DNA from: Protoeuglena noctilucae
Taxonomy: Eukaryota
DNA length: 64,000 nucleotides
NCBI GenBank assembly: GCA_958009085.1
Contig: OY253690.1
Location: 310,001 to 374,000, forward strand
Reading direction: 5' to 3'
Each line of letters starts with the position of its first letter. Within the stretch, counting starts at the first letter, position 1. The position numbers were made by a program, and so were the translations under genes. This document shows, piece by piece, positions 15,885 to 27,999 of this stretch. Below the pieces are notes generated by a model, which saw only the letters and a program-made list of their open reading frames with translations, was not told the origin of the DNA and searched no databases.

Positions 15885-17379
15885 ATGGCGGGCGCGATCT
15901 CCACTGCCTCCTCCCTGAGGCAGCCCCATCTCTCGCGGGCGACTAGCGGGAGGGCCGCGTCCAATGCCGGGGTGGCGCTGAGGGCGCATGCTCGCAGGTG
16001 CGGGGATTACAGGGACGATCGCCTGTGCGTGGCCAATCATTCGTGAAATTGCTGGGGCTGCGCGCGCGGCACGATCGCGGCCGGACCCAGCCAGCCCCGC
16101 TGTCGCGCGCTGCCCGCCGCTCCGCCGGCGCCTGCTCCCGTCCGCGCCCCCATGAGAATGAGCTGTTGATATTTATTCATGTCTCGGGATGGCTGCGTCG
16201 GGCCAGACGCTCTCAATGGCTCCAGAGGCGGCCATTCTTTATCTGCGCGCGTCTGTGGGTCCCCAACGGGCGAACCGGCCTCGCTCGGCCATCAAATGCC
16301 GATGCCTCTTCTCGTGGATCTTGCAGCCTGTGGACGCCGTCAAGCCAGGCCATTCCGGCGAACGAGGGGGTCGTGGTGGCACGGGACCTCAACCTGCCCG
16401 TGGTTGCGGGGCGTGGGCCGGCTCCCCCGAGCCCAATTCTCCAGGAGCGCTTCCAGTCCGTCATTTCGCAGGTAAAGATGCGGCCAGGAGCACCTTTTCC
16501 CCGCGCCCGGCGACGCGCGCGGACCCGAACGTCTCAGCCCCCTCCGCCCTCCGCCCTCCGCAGCTCTTCATGCAGCGCATCATCCGCCTCGGGGGCGCCG
16601 TGGACGACGACATGGCCAACCTGATCGTCGCGCAGCTGCTCTACCTGGACTCGGAGGACCCCAAGCGCGACGTCACGCTGTACATCAACTCGCCCGGCGG
16701 CTCGGTCACGGCAGGGATGGCCGTCTTCGACACGATGCGCCACGTCCGGCCCGATGTGTCGACCGTGTGCGGTGAGAACGTGCCGTGCGCAGAGGCGCAC
16801 GCCTGCGACCCGCCTCCTGCGCTTGGCCTCACTGCCGGTGCCCCCTTGCCTCAGTCGGCCTGGCAGCCTCCATGGGGGCGTTTCTGCTCGCGTCCGGGCA
16901 GAAGAGCAAGCGCTACTCGCTCCCCAACTCCAGGATCATGATCCACCAGCCGCTCGGCGGCGCGCAGGCAAGGGCTGGGCGGGGGCGGGGGTGTGGGTGG
17001 CATGCCCGGCACGCTCTCCGACCGTCCTCCCACCCTCCACGCTCCTTCCCCTCACCTCCGTCGCGCAGGGCCAGGCGGCGGACATCGAGATTCAGGCGAA
17101 CGAGATCCTCCACCACAAGCTGACGCTGAACGGCTACCTGGCCGAGTTCACCGGCCAGCCGATGGAGCAGATCACTGTCGACACGGACCGGGACTTCTTC
17201 ATGTCGGCGCAGGCGAGAGGCGCTCGAGCTTGTATTGCTAATTGAGATTGCTGATGGCAGTGCGGGCAGTGCGGGCAGCGAGCTGGCCTCCCTTCCCCGC
17301 TCATCCCCAGGAGGCGGTGGAGTACGGCCTCATTGATGCAGTCGTCACGTCGCCCCACGTCGCGATGCAGACCCCGTGA
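15885..17379 (+). CDS. CLPP5: Plastid Clp protease proteolytic subunit, ClpP5-like, multi-exon
   Basis: [75 protein letters not shown] and [20 protein letters not shown]. Stop at 17377-17379. Confidence 0.95.
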
Positions 17380-17471
17380 GCTGTGTCTGGAGACGTGTCA
17401 CGCGCTTCTCGCTTTTGAACATGACTTTGACCTCCCTATCGTTCATCAGAGCAACTGTTGTTCTGCTCATC

Positions 17472-19571
17472 TCAGCAGCCCTCTGCATACATCTCCCGCA
17501 GCGCCTGGTAGTCCTCCAGAGCGAATCGCGCCAGCGATCCCGCAATCGCGCTGAGATTGTCGCCGAGGATGCTGTACCTGCGGAAGGGCATGGGCCCCTC
17601 CCAGGCCGCCTGCAACAGTGCCGAGGGGCAGCGGTCACAGCCATGCTGGCGCAGCGCGAGACCCGTGCAATGCCGCAAAGATGCAAAGAGGAAGCCATGC
17701 ACTCTCACCACGGTGGGCGCGCCGGGCAGGAAGGGGAGGACCTCAGGCCTGGCAAAGATCACGTCGGTCTGGAGGAGGAGGCCCCCATCGCTCGCCAGAA
17801 GCTGCGGGCGAAGCAAACGCAGTGCGCATGAACCAACCGCAACACATCACCCTAGCTGTGTCCGGATCTCGCCAACCAAGCCGGCTTCGCTCTCACCTGC
17901 CAGTACAGTGCCCCACGGTGCGTCACAGAGATGGCCAGGTCGTCGTACACCTCCCCGTGGTCCCGGATGCCGAACATTGCGAGGGTGTTCAACCGCTGTC
18001 GCTCACTCCCCAATATGTTGCTAACCTCTTCCTGGAGATCCACATCCAGCTCGCCCTCCACGGCCCACGCCCTCCAGACCCAGGGTATGCGTGGGAGGTG
18101 GCAGCGATCGCGGGGCAGCTCGACGAACTCCCTCGTGAGCAGGACGTAGCCCTTGTCTCGCATGAACGCCAGCACCTCGTTCAAGTCCGGCAGCTCCACC
18201 TCGACCTGCACCATCAGCGGCGCGGATGGGCTGGACAGGAGCCGTGACGCCCCCCGAAGGACCGACAGCTCGTGGCCTTCCACGTCGATCTTCATCGTCG
18301 ACGCGGCCGGCACATCCAGCGTCCCGGACAGTAAGAGGTCGTCCTGCGGAGGTGGGCTGGATACAGCTCGATGACCCTTGGCACAGCATCGGGTCTGCGT
18401 ATCCGTCAGCAGGCTTGGTGGCCCTCACCAGCACAGCAAGCTTCACCGCCGCGCCCTCCACGCACGTTGCATCGCTTCGGATGGGACATGGTGACTCGCC
18501 CTCGTCCGGACAGTAAATCTGGCTGTTGCCCCAGTTGGTCTGCATCACGAGAGCGGCACGTCATTGATGTCACCCATGTTGACCCCAAAACTGCGCGTCC
18601 CTCAGAAAATACATCACAGTACCTGGTATGTGGAGATGAAGCACTCCCGCACCCTGTCTGACAGCGCCATGGGAACCACGCTGCGTAAGGGAGAGCTCAC
18701 ATGCAGTCACGAGTCGTGTGACAGGTGATTCGCCCTCGGTACTTGCTCGCGTGCTCCCACCTTATTCTCCCCGCCACGTCCGGGTTCAGGCACAGCGCAC
18801 TGGCTGCCAGGAGCTGGCGGTTCGACGGCATGGGCTCAAACGCCACCGCTGGGAATCCAGCGCGGGAGGCGACGAGCGTGTACCAGCCAAGGTTGGCGCC
18901 AACGTCAAGGAGCGTGGGCGTCACTGACAGACCCCGGGAGGACGCCAGTCGCTGGGAAGCAACCAGTCCCTGAAGCATGGCGGCTGCGGTGGTGGACGTG
19001 AGCGCTGGATTCGTTGCTGCTGCCGGTCCGATCGCTCTGATTCCCAGCCAGGCCAGCCACCTGCTCTTGCCTGTCAAAGCCCCTTCCACCTGCCCCCTCA
19101 ACGCGATCCACTGCACGTGCGATAGGCACAGATGCAATCAACGCGTGCGGGCGACGCCGAGCGGCACACGCGTCCAGCATCAGCCAAGTTACTCACGTCC
19201 GTGATGACATCCACCGCATCTGCAGCGCACAGGGGGCGAGGGGCGAGGTCTGGAGACTGTTGCAACATATGCGGCTGCTCGCCGTCCGCAGGCGACGCTG
19301 CCTCACCGCCATACACCGCCAGCCGGAAGTTGGCCAGACGAACGTCATGCAGGTGGGGCTGCAGGACGTCGGCGACCCGCGTGGCTACTACGACCATCGC
19401 CTCCATGTCGTAGCCAGCGTCCAGGATATCTACCCCCGCCGGATCCTCAGTCGCTTGCAGGCAGGTTGTTTCTTCATCGGATAACGTCAAGCCATTCTGA
19501 TAAAACACGGCGGGGAACCCAAGCACTGCCTGGCTTGCAAACAGCAGAAAGGCAAGGCTAAAGAGCATCAT
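17472..19571 (-). CDS. FkbM-family SAM methyltransferase with signal peptide, multi-exon
   Basis: LLDVGANLGWYTL...AFEPMPSN and MKIDVEGHELSVLRGA. N-terminal MMLFSLAFLLFASQAVLG. Confidence 0.8.
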
Positions 19572-19915
19572 CTGACGCCTGAACAGCAGCAATTCCCTAC
19601 CCTGCAGTGTCTCAACACAAAAACCAAGCACTTCATACACCGAATTCGCGAATCGGCCCTTCCTAGCGACGATGGCACTGGCTAGCTGAGCTGGCGCGTC
19701 GGCACCAGAAGCATCGCAAGCACAGCAGGTAAGGAGGGATGCGTGGCGGATACCATCACTCCACTGCATTCCTCGTGCTCTCGCCGCTTTCGCCGCAGCA
19801 TTCGCGACGACATTCCGCAGTGAGGGAACCAAACCTGCCCCAGATGACACCGATCGCAAGCGCAAGCATGCAATGACGTCCACCCGGCCGTGAGCTTGTG
19901 TGCCGGACATCGTCA

Positions 19916-22110
19916 TGCCACGGCGAAGGGCCACGACGATGGGGCGCTCGTGGGGGCCCTTCTTCCTTGGCGTGGTGACGTAAGGGAAGCCCTGGATGTC
20001 CGCTCTTGAGCACGAATATCAACTTCTCAGCTCACAAACTCCTCTCATCAGCAGGGTCTGGCTCGGAACGGCGCATGCATGGCTCTCAACTTCCATCTCA
20101 TGGCACGGGGGGGGTGCGAGCGTGCGGCACGCGGTTGGGGAGAGTGCGACGGCGGTGGCGAAAGGTTGGGTTGTGCCATTTGCACCATTTCCGCGACCAG
20201 CTTCCCTATGCGAGCTTGATTTCCCGGTCAAGCTTGCTCGCAGGACTGATGCGCCTTTCGACGCATTTTGTCCCCGTTCCTAGCCTGACGGCAACGACAA
20301 ACAAACTTGCTGAAGACATTCAACGCTCCGCCATCACGCTTTGGTACGCACCCGTTTACGAGACGACCGTGGGGCTGGAGGTGGGCCGTGTGCACGCTGC
20401 CCGTTCACACCTGGTGCGTAGCTCACTGCCATGTCTCAGGTCGCCGACCAACCCACTGTAACGCAGGCGGGGCCGGCCCCGTTCGAGCTTTGGTACGGCG
20501 AGGACCCTGCAACGCAGGTGGCCTGGTTTGCTGCTGCCACAGGCATGACCGCGGGTGCCGCCGCTGATCTGCTCGCCGCCGCCACGGACGCCGAGGCGCG
20601 TCACGGGTCCTCGGGGGACGTGCGACTGGCAGAGTTCCGGCTGAGCTCGGGGGAGGGGGAGGCTGTGGCCGTGATGCCCATCTACGGGGCCCAGGCGACC
20701 GAGGCGGCCGTCGGTGGGTTCCTGGACCGCCTGGGCTGCCCGCATCTGAAGGAGGACGTATGGAGAGATGTCCGCGCAGCCCTGGGAGAGCAGGGACTGA
20801 GACAAGACGCCTCCGGCGTTGCCGTCAGGCATCAGGCGGACCCCGTGAGGCGCAGTGCGTGGGTCTCTGTTGCAGGAGTGTCAGTGAGAGTGGCTTAGAT
20901 AGTACCAGCGTCTCCACTCCCGCAGGCCTTTGTTGCCTCCTCCCTTCTCTTGCACCGCTTTTCACGAGCACTCCCGGTCCCCTTTGCCGCGGAAGATGCC
21001 CCGGCCGGGCCTCGGTCACGCGCACTGGGTGCGTGGGCGGGTGCGAGGCGGACGACGGCAGTGCGGTGCCGGGAGGGTGACAGGCCGCCCAGCTGCGGGG
21101 TGGCCGCCAGGAGCTGCGGGGGCGTCCTCGTCACGGGGCCGCCTCAGTCGAGTTTGGACGTTTTGGGGAAGCTTGTCGGTGTCGAGGAAAGGACCGGTCG
21201 CAAAAAGAGCCGTGGGGGAGCTGATGTGCATACACAGGTTGCCCCTAATCACGTGTCTAAGTGCTCATCGTGCCTTTCGTCCCACGCAGGGCCCTGCTGT
21301 GGAGTACGGGGACGTCTCCCAGACGCTGGCCGTGGGCCGCGAGTACCGCCACGTGTTGCTGCAGGTAAGGCTGGGCTATCTCGTTCCTATGTCTCGAGGT
21401 GGCCACTGCCGGCGGTTTCAGACCTGGCCTTGCCGACTCCCCTTCCTGCCGTGCAGGTCACCCACCCTCTAGTGGCCGCGAACCAGCTCCTGCACACGTG
21501 GCATACGCTCGACCGTGACTTGGCTCACCTGAGGGCATGGCACGTGAACCACGTGCTGATGGGCGCATCGAGTGCCGGGGACGGGCCTCTGACGCTGCAG
21601 GACGTGCATGTGGCCAGGCACAAGTGGGCGGACTTGACGTTGAACGACCCGGTCAAGGCGCTGGCCGTGTGGGTGATGGCCGTGGAGGCGGGCCTCAGCC
21701 ATGCGCAGTGCTGGTGGCGTTTGGAGGACGTGGCCGCGCATCCTGGCCTGGCCGGGCGCGTCTGCGAGGCCGTGGCTGCGTCCCGGGAGCTCCCAGCCAC
21801 GGACCTGGGGTGTTACGCCAGAGAGGATGCCTGGGGCGGCCAGGTTGAGGCCGGGCTGTCTAATGCGGGCCTCCCGCCCCCGTCCCTGGTGAGTGGCCGG
21901 CGCTGCTGACACCGCCTTGCGACTGGCGAGGTGCAGATCCATCCACAGGAGCTTTCCGCGCAGGGTGGGCTGTCCTGGGGCGCTCTGGAGGCGACTTCAC
22001 GTCCGATGGAGCAGGAAATCGTGCGGGGTGCCCGGCAGTGGTGCACGCTGCTGGGGTACGCCGGCTGCTGAAAGGTACGGACTTGACGGTAGTGAGTAGT
22101 GAGATGAGAA
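19916..22110 (+). CDS. Sulfotransferase-like protein with repeated N-terminal modules (boundaries approximate)
   Basis: LVTGPPQSSLDVL, YRHVLLQV(T)HPL and CWWRLED. Paralogous to 25516-27495. Carries FELWYGEDP modules. Confidence 0.5.
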
Positions 22111-22146
22111 TTCAAGACGTGGCCTCCCTGGTACGTCTAGTCTCTA

Positions 22147-23204
22147 TCAAAGCTCAGAGCTGTGCTCTGCATTCAATATGTACAATCCCACCGCGTATCC
22201 GCGGGGGGTGTAGACCTTGGCCGCGTCCGAGGACAGAGACCACCACCTGAGCTGCCTCACAAGCCCACGCTCTTGGGACAGCTGCCAGCACTTCATCGGG
22301 CCGACGCAGTAGGAGGCTGCAAGACGAGAACAAACGAGGCCGTCGGCAACACCCCTGTAGCGCTTGGCAGCTGCATGTTTAAGCCTTGCCACCACCCGCC
22401 TCACCCTGGCAGTGCACGTCGTCCATCAGCAGCACGTGGAAGGCAGGGTTGGCCAGGGGCATGAAGTTGACGATGTCCAGGTAAGGTAGGTCGCCGAAGT
22501 GGCCACCGTCGACGAGGACGATGTCGCAGCGCACTTCCCCCCCGGCGGGCGAGTTGACGAACCCGGGGATCGAGTCGAGGCTGTTTCCGGTGACCATCGC
22601 CAGCCGGCCGGGGAAGCGCTCTCCAAGGAAACGCAGCGCCACGGGCGAGTAGTCGTGCTCGAAGATGTCAAAGGACGTAACGACATTGTCCGCGTCGGCA
22701 AGGAGCCAGAGCGCTGCCGAGTGGCCCGCGTTGAACCCCAGCTCGCACACGTGCTTGACGCACGGGATCTTCGCGAGCGCCTGATACAGTTTCCTGCGGG
22801 GAACCGGGGTTTGGCTACGTTCAGGCTGCTATATTTTCGAGGGTCAGGATGTTCTCCCTGAGATGTCCACGCACCTCTGAGGTTCGATCTCGCCACTGTG
22901 CCCTTCTGTTACGGCAAGACCTGCTTTCTCCAAGAAGGCATCCAGGTCGCTGTGCAGACGGTTCAGCTCTGAGAGGTCCTCCTCGGCCCAGGCTCCATCA
23001 AGCACGGCTGCGAGCTGCGCCTCGCACGCGGCCGGGCTCGGCTGCCAGGCTGCAGAGAGAAGGACAGACTTTGACCGCTCCCGACGCCTTGCTCAGGGCA
23101 GGCCTCGCTTGTTCATAAGACGCAGTCGCTTGCCTGATGCGAAATGGTTCCAGAGGAGAACACTCAGGGCGGCCAGGGCGAGCATCGCGCGTGACCACGA
23201 GCCA
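22147..23204 (-). CDS. Class I SAM methyltransferase (Methyltransf_24-like), multi-exon, ends approximate
   Basis: CELGFNAGHSAALWL...SFDI...GNSLDSIP...CDIVLVDGGH...LLMDD. Confidence 0.78.
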
Positions 23205-23484
23205 TGGGGACGAGGAGGCCTAAGCAAAGCGCACATCGCGGATCAACGAGAAAGGGAAGCCCAGGGAGCACCCCCCGAGTGTTGTCGAAGCTCTGCTGGC
23301 CGCACTGCGACGAGGATACGATCAACACTCAACTTGATCCGTGATCGGCCTCTCAACTTTCACGGGGCAGCGCTGGAAACGCCAGCGCTTGTGTGAGTCG
23401 TGAGGTTTCACGGGGAGGGGGTCTGGCAGTACTCGCTTCTCCTGGATCAGCCGGGTCGCCATGAGCGTTTTTTCATGACCCCGG

Positions 23485-25415
23485 ATGCCGCTGGATGGGC
23501 GAAGACGGTGCTGCGGACGCGAGCATTCGTGCCGCCGTGCCGCGGCAGTGCTTTGCGTCGTATTTGCCTGCCTCTCGTGCTGGTGGGCCGCGTCATGCAC
23601 AGCTCGTGAGCTTATAATTCCGCTCAGCATCGCCGGCGAAGCGCTCGCGGTTCGGTACGAGCCCGAGGATCTTGTCGACAGCGCTTTCTCGCGGTTCGTG
23701 CGCGAAACGCCATGGCCGCTTACGCGAGACTCCCTGGCCTCCCAGGCCCGGCGCGCCTTTCAGGCGGTAAGCTGCAGGCGCTTGTGACAAGATGCACACG
23801 CTCTCGCTGCCGGCAAGGGCGCCCATGTCGTCGTCTGCGCAGGCGGTGATGGAGCGCCGCTGCCCGCTTATGCGACTGAGAATCAGCTGCCCAGGCACAT
23901 TAAACATGGCATTGATCCACGACGTGTACCAGGGAGACGATGAGGAGTCAATCTTGTCATCCCTGCTGCAGGTCCGTCGCATGCCCGGCCCTTTCATGTG
24001 GCAACGGGCCTCCGCTCGCATCCTCGAGCGTGCCGACGGTTCGCTGTGCGCAGTGTGGGAGCACTGACGCGGCCTCGCTGAACCTGGCTCCCCTCGCGCC
24101 CCCTCGTGTCGCGCCCGTCCTGACCCTGGACGCTGCTGGATCCGAGCCAGGGACCTTCCGCCTCTGGGAAGGGGAGCGGCTCCACGAGGCAATGACCGCT
24201 TTTGTGCCCTGGGCTGAAGTGACGAGCTTGGATGAGTTGGACGCTGCAACCAAGCGTGCTGGTGCGGCCACGAACTGAGGCGTGCAGCGCAGCTGCCCAA
24301 AGTTACTGTGCTCCTCGTCAAACAGGTCTTCTCCGTCTTATCTCGCAGAAGACAGGCTGCGCCTCGTGTCCAGGAGGAACCGGGACCTTGTGCCCTACCT
24401 GTGGCGCATGCCGGCCAGGACACATCCTGTGGGGTTCGAGCCCGATCAGGCCTTCCCTTTGAGACGAAATGTCAAGATTTCGTCATCTGATGCGAGCCGG
24501 GGGCGCGCCGATCGCGATGCCCAGGGTAAGCCCGCCTGGGAGGCCGAGTCCGGCATCGTCCTGCAGCTCAGCATGGCCTTCTGCAACAGGCACTACTACC
24601 ACATCGTCGAGTGTCTCCTGGGTCTCTACGCCTGGTCCCGCGAGCACCGCATGGGTGGGGACCCCGTCGAGGTGGTGGTGGTCGACGATGACATCCGCAC
24701 GCCGACACACGATTTCCTCACAGCAGCCCTGTTCCCGGGTGCGCGCGTGGAGATTAGACGACCCGGCCACCTGTTCTCGGCAATAGTCTCCGACAAAGCC
24801 GCGTTGTCGGAGAACATCCCACGGTCTCTCATAAACACCCAGCGAGCCCTGGAGCACTCCGCGGTCGTCGAGTCCTTTTGGTTCCCGGAGTTCCTGGCCG
24901 CCGTGCATGCCGCCGCCGGCGCGTCCCCCCGGCCCCGGCCCGCGAGCCCCGGCGAGGTGCGCGCCGTGTACGTGCGGCGCGCCATGAGCCTGCGGGAGCT
25001 GGGCGACGAGGACCTGGCGCGGCTGGCGTCGGTGATGCTGGAGGAGCACGGGGTGGCGCTTGAGGTGGTGCGGTTCGAGGCCATGACGGTGGAGGAGCAG
25101 GTGCGGCTGTCGGCCGGGGTCGACCTAATGGTGGGCGTGCACGGCAACGGCCTGACCAACCTGCTGTGGATGCCGCCGCACGGGGCGGTGCTGGAGCTGT
25201 TTGCGGCCGACTGGCACTTCTACGATTATCAGATGCTGAGCGAGATCAGCGGGCACCTGTACAGCGGGGTGCAGGAGGGCAACCCGCGGCCGTACCACCG
25301 GGGGTCGCGGCGGGAGTCCGCGTACGGAATGCAAATATTTGGCCCAACCTCGCTGGACTGGACATTGCTAGGAGACGGAATCACTTACCTCTTGGCACAC
25401 GTCCTGGCAAAATGA
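23485..25415 (+). CDS. GT61-like glycosyltransferase (copy 2)
   Basis: NRHYYHIVECL and VDLMVGVHGNGLTNLLWM. Hydrophobic N-terminus AAAVLCVVFACLSCWWAAS. Confidence 0.8.
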
Positions 25416-25515
25416 CTGTCGCTTTCAAATCTAGGCTCTCTATCTAGAGTCTCTCTATCTAGAGTGTGAACTGTGCTAGCAGCTCCGTATCGCGGCTCCT
25501 GGCCGATTTCGTCCA

Positions 25516-27495
25516 TCAACAGCCCGAGTAGCCCAATATCCCGCACAGCCACCGCGCCTCTCGGATAATGTGCTTTTCCAGATTGGACGTGGCGACGTAC
25601 TCGAGCTGAGCCCACGTCATGGCTTGCTGCATGGGCCAGAGGCGCCGTGCCATGCATCGCGACACAGACGCCAGCACTGTAGGCCATGCGCATAGGCCGC
25701 TCACCTCGTTGCTAGCATGCTTGTGAGTTGCCGCCCGCGCCCCCCTGGCAACTTCCGCCCAATCCTGTTCACACCGCCCGTGCAAGTCCGCTCGGCCAGC
25801 TGGGCTGTCGAGCCCCGCAAGCAAACAGACGTCGCGAAGCATGCCTGGGTCCCGGGACAGGTCCTCCAGGCGCCACCAGCAGTAGCCAGCCTCCAGGGCA
25901 TTCGCCATCGACGACACCCACAGAGCCAGCATCTTGAAAGGGAGCGCCACGGTGTTGTCTGCCCAGGCCGCGTTGTACTGCGCCAGCCTGGTCGTCCATG
26001 TGAGGAGGAAGGGCGGCTGGTGTTGGCCCATGATACTCACGAGAGACGACCACGACCCCTGGTGGGAGCGCAGCACCGACAGTGGGTGGCGCGCCTGCAC
26101 GCAAGAACAGCCAGACGTTATGCAGAGTCAGCAGGGGCACCCTGCACAGACCGTTTACAGCGAAGCCACCTGCACGAGAACGCGATACGCGGGCTGGTAG
26201 GGGGCGTGAACAGCCACCAGGGAGTCCGACACCCCATCCGAAGCACTCGCAGCCTCGTGCCGGACGTCCATGCCCGCTAGGGTGAAAGCGAGGGCCAGGA
26301 ACTCCGTCCCCGAGTACTGGCTGGTCGTGAACAGGACCGAATAGCAATCAGAAGGCGCATCAGGGCTCCCAAACGCGGAGGACGGGCACCGCGGGTTCTC
26401 TGGAGGGGTCGCCTTGCACCAGACGGGGCCCACGGCGTCGCGGTCGCCCACGCGGGCCACGGGGAGGTACCCCTCGAGCTGCTTGCGAGACAAAAACACG
26501 TCCTGCGATGGGGAGAGCGGAGTGGGTCGTTGATCCCCTCGCTCGCGCAGGTCGGCATCGGGCCAGGCTGCCTCACCAGTGTGACGCTTGCCCTGCATCC
26601 CTCACCTTCTCCCAAACGAACCGGACGACCGTGCCCCCCGCGTCCGTCCTCCAAGGTCTGTCCTGAAGAGACATAAACGTGCTCTTGTGTTGTGGTCCTT
26701 CCAAAAGCCAAGCACTGCTGCATATGCCACAGCCGCTCCTCACCTCCCCGACCGCCGCGTGCAGGGTCGCCACAGTCTCCCGGGACAGATGCTCCGCTCC
26801 CCGTTTCTCCAGGAAGGACCCCACGGCCGCGTCCCACGACTGCCCCTCAAACACCGCCAGCCGCTCAAGCGCACCCCCGGGACCCGTGGGTACCTCCACC
26901 CATCCCGCGACAGCGTCCCCTTCATATGCCACCGCGGCCTCCCTCGCTGCCAAAAGCAATTCCTCTATTGCCTCCCCATCCTGCAGGCCATGGCGCTCCA
27001 CGTACGCCCCCACCGCGGCTGCCGGCTCGTCGCCGTACCAGAGCTCAAACGCCGCCGTCTGCCCGGGCACCGTGACGCTCAGGACAGGAGCGTACCAATG
27101 CGCCTTGGACAGCCAGTCAGCCTGTTCCCGGAGTGTCGACATCAGCGTGAAGTACTCCAGCTGGTTCATCCCGTACTCGGTCCAAAGGCCCTCAATGAAC
27201 CCTGCAGACTCGGGTTCGGTGCTACGGTGGACAAACACTTAGTAAAGCTCGCCAGCGTTCAACAAGGGCGGACACGGTGCCCCTCACGCATGACGGCGCT
27301 CTTGGACGACTCCCCACGCATCTGCATCAGGGCCATGCGCTGGCCCGACACGACGACTTCGGTCATGAGCGCCCCATGTACCGCGCACGCGATGCCGAGG
27401 ACTACGAGGATTGACAGAAGATGCACTCTGCGGTACGCACACCCAAAGTCAGCTTCAGTTCCCGGGCAGCTCTGCGGCCGCCCTGTATGGCACAC
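25516..27495 (-). CDS. Sulfotransferase-like protein with repeated N-terminal modules
   Basis: VLFTTSQYSGTEFLA...GMDVRHE (PAPS-loop-like), VLVQARHPL and CWWRLEDL. Hydrophobic VHLLSILVVLGIACAVHG. Confidence 0.55.
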
Positions 27496-27999
27496 CGGCT
27501 CAACTGAGCGTCACCTTGTCGACGACTGCGCTCGATAGCTGCATGTTGCCGCGGAGTTCATGTCGGGCTCCGGGGCGCCGAAGGGACCCCAGTGGCCCTG
27601 GTTTTGGTCAAATAATGATGTTTTCCGGATTTCCTTGTCACATTGACTGTAAACGCGCCCGCCAAAGGCACGAGGTGAGCGCAGCGGCGCCAAGGGACGT
27701 CTTCTGAGCTTCACGAGCCGGGAGCGTGCAGTCCTGACGAAAAAGAGCAGGTATGCGTATGCATTGGATGTTTCACTTGCGGCATACTTCATGATCGGCG
27801 CCATCATCGCATGCATGGGTTGAAATTCAGCAGGGGCTCAGCTCGCCGCTCGGTGTCTGGCTTTTGAAACGCAAGTCTGATCTCAGCGTGTCCCCATCGT
27901 CGCCCAGTCGCTCCCAAGGGGCGCAGTCGACCGCGTCAAAAGCGCTGCGCCATGGCATGCGCGAATCGCCTCTCGTGGCGGGGTACAGATGCCTTTCCA

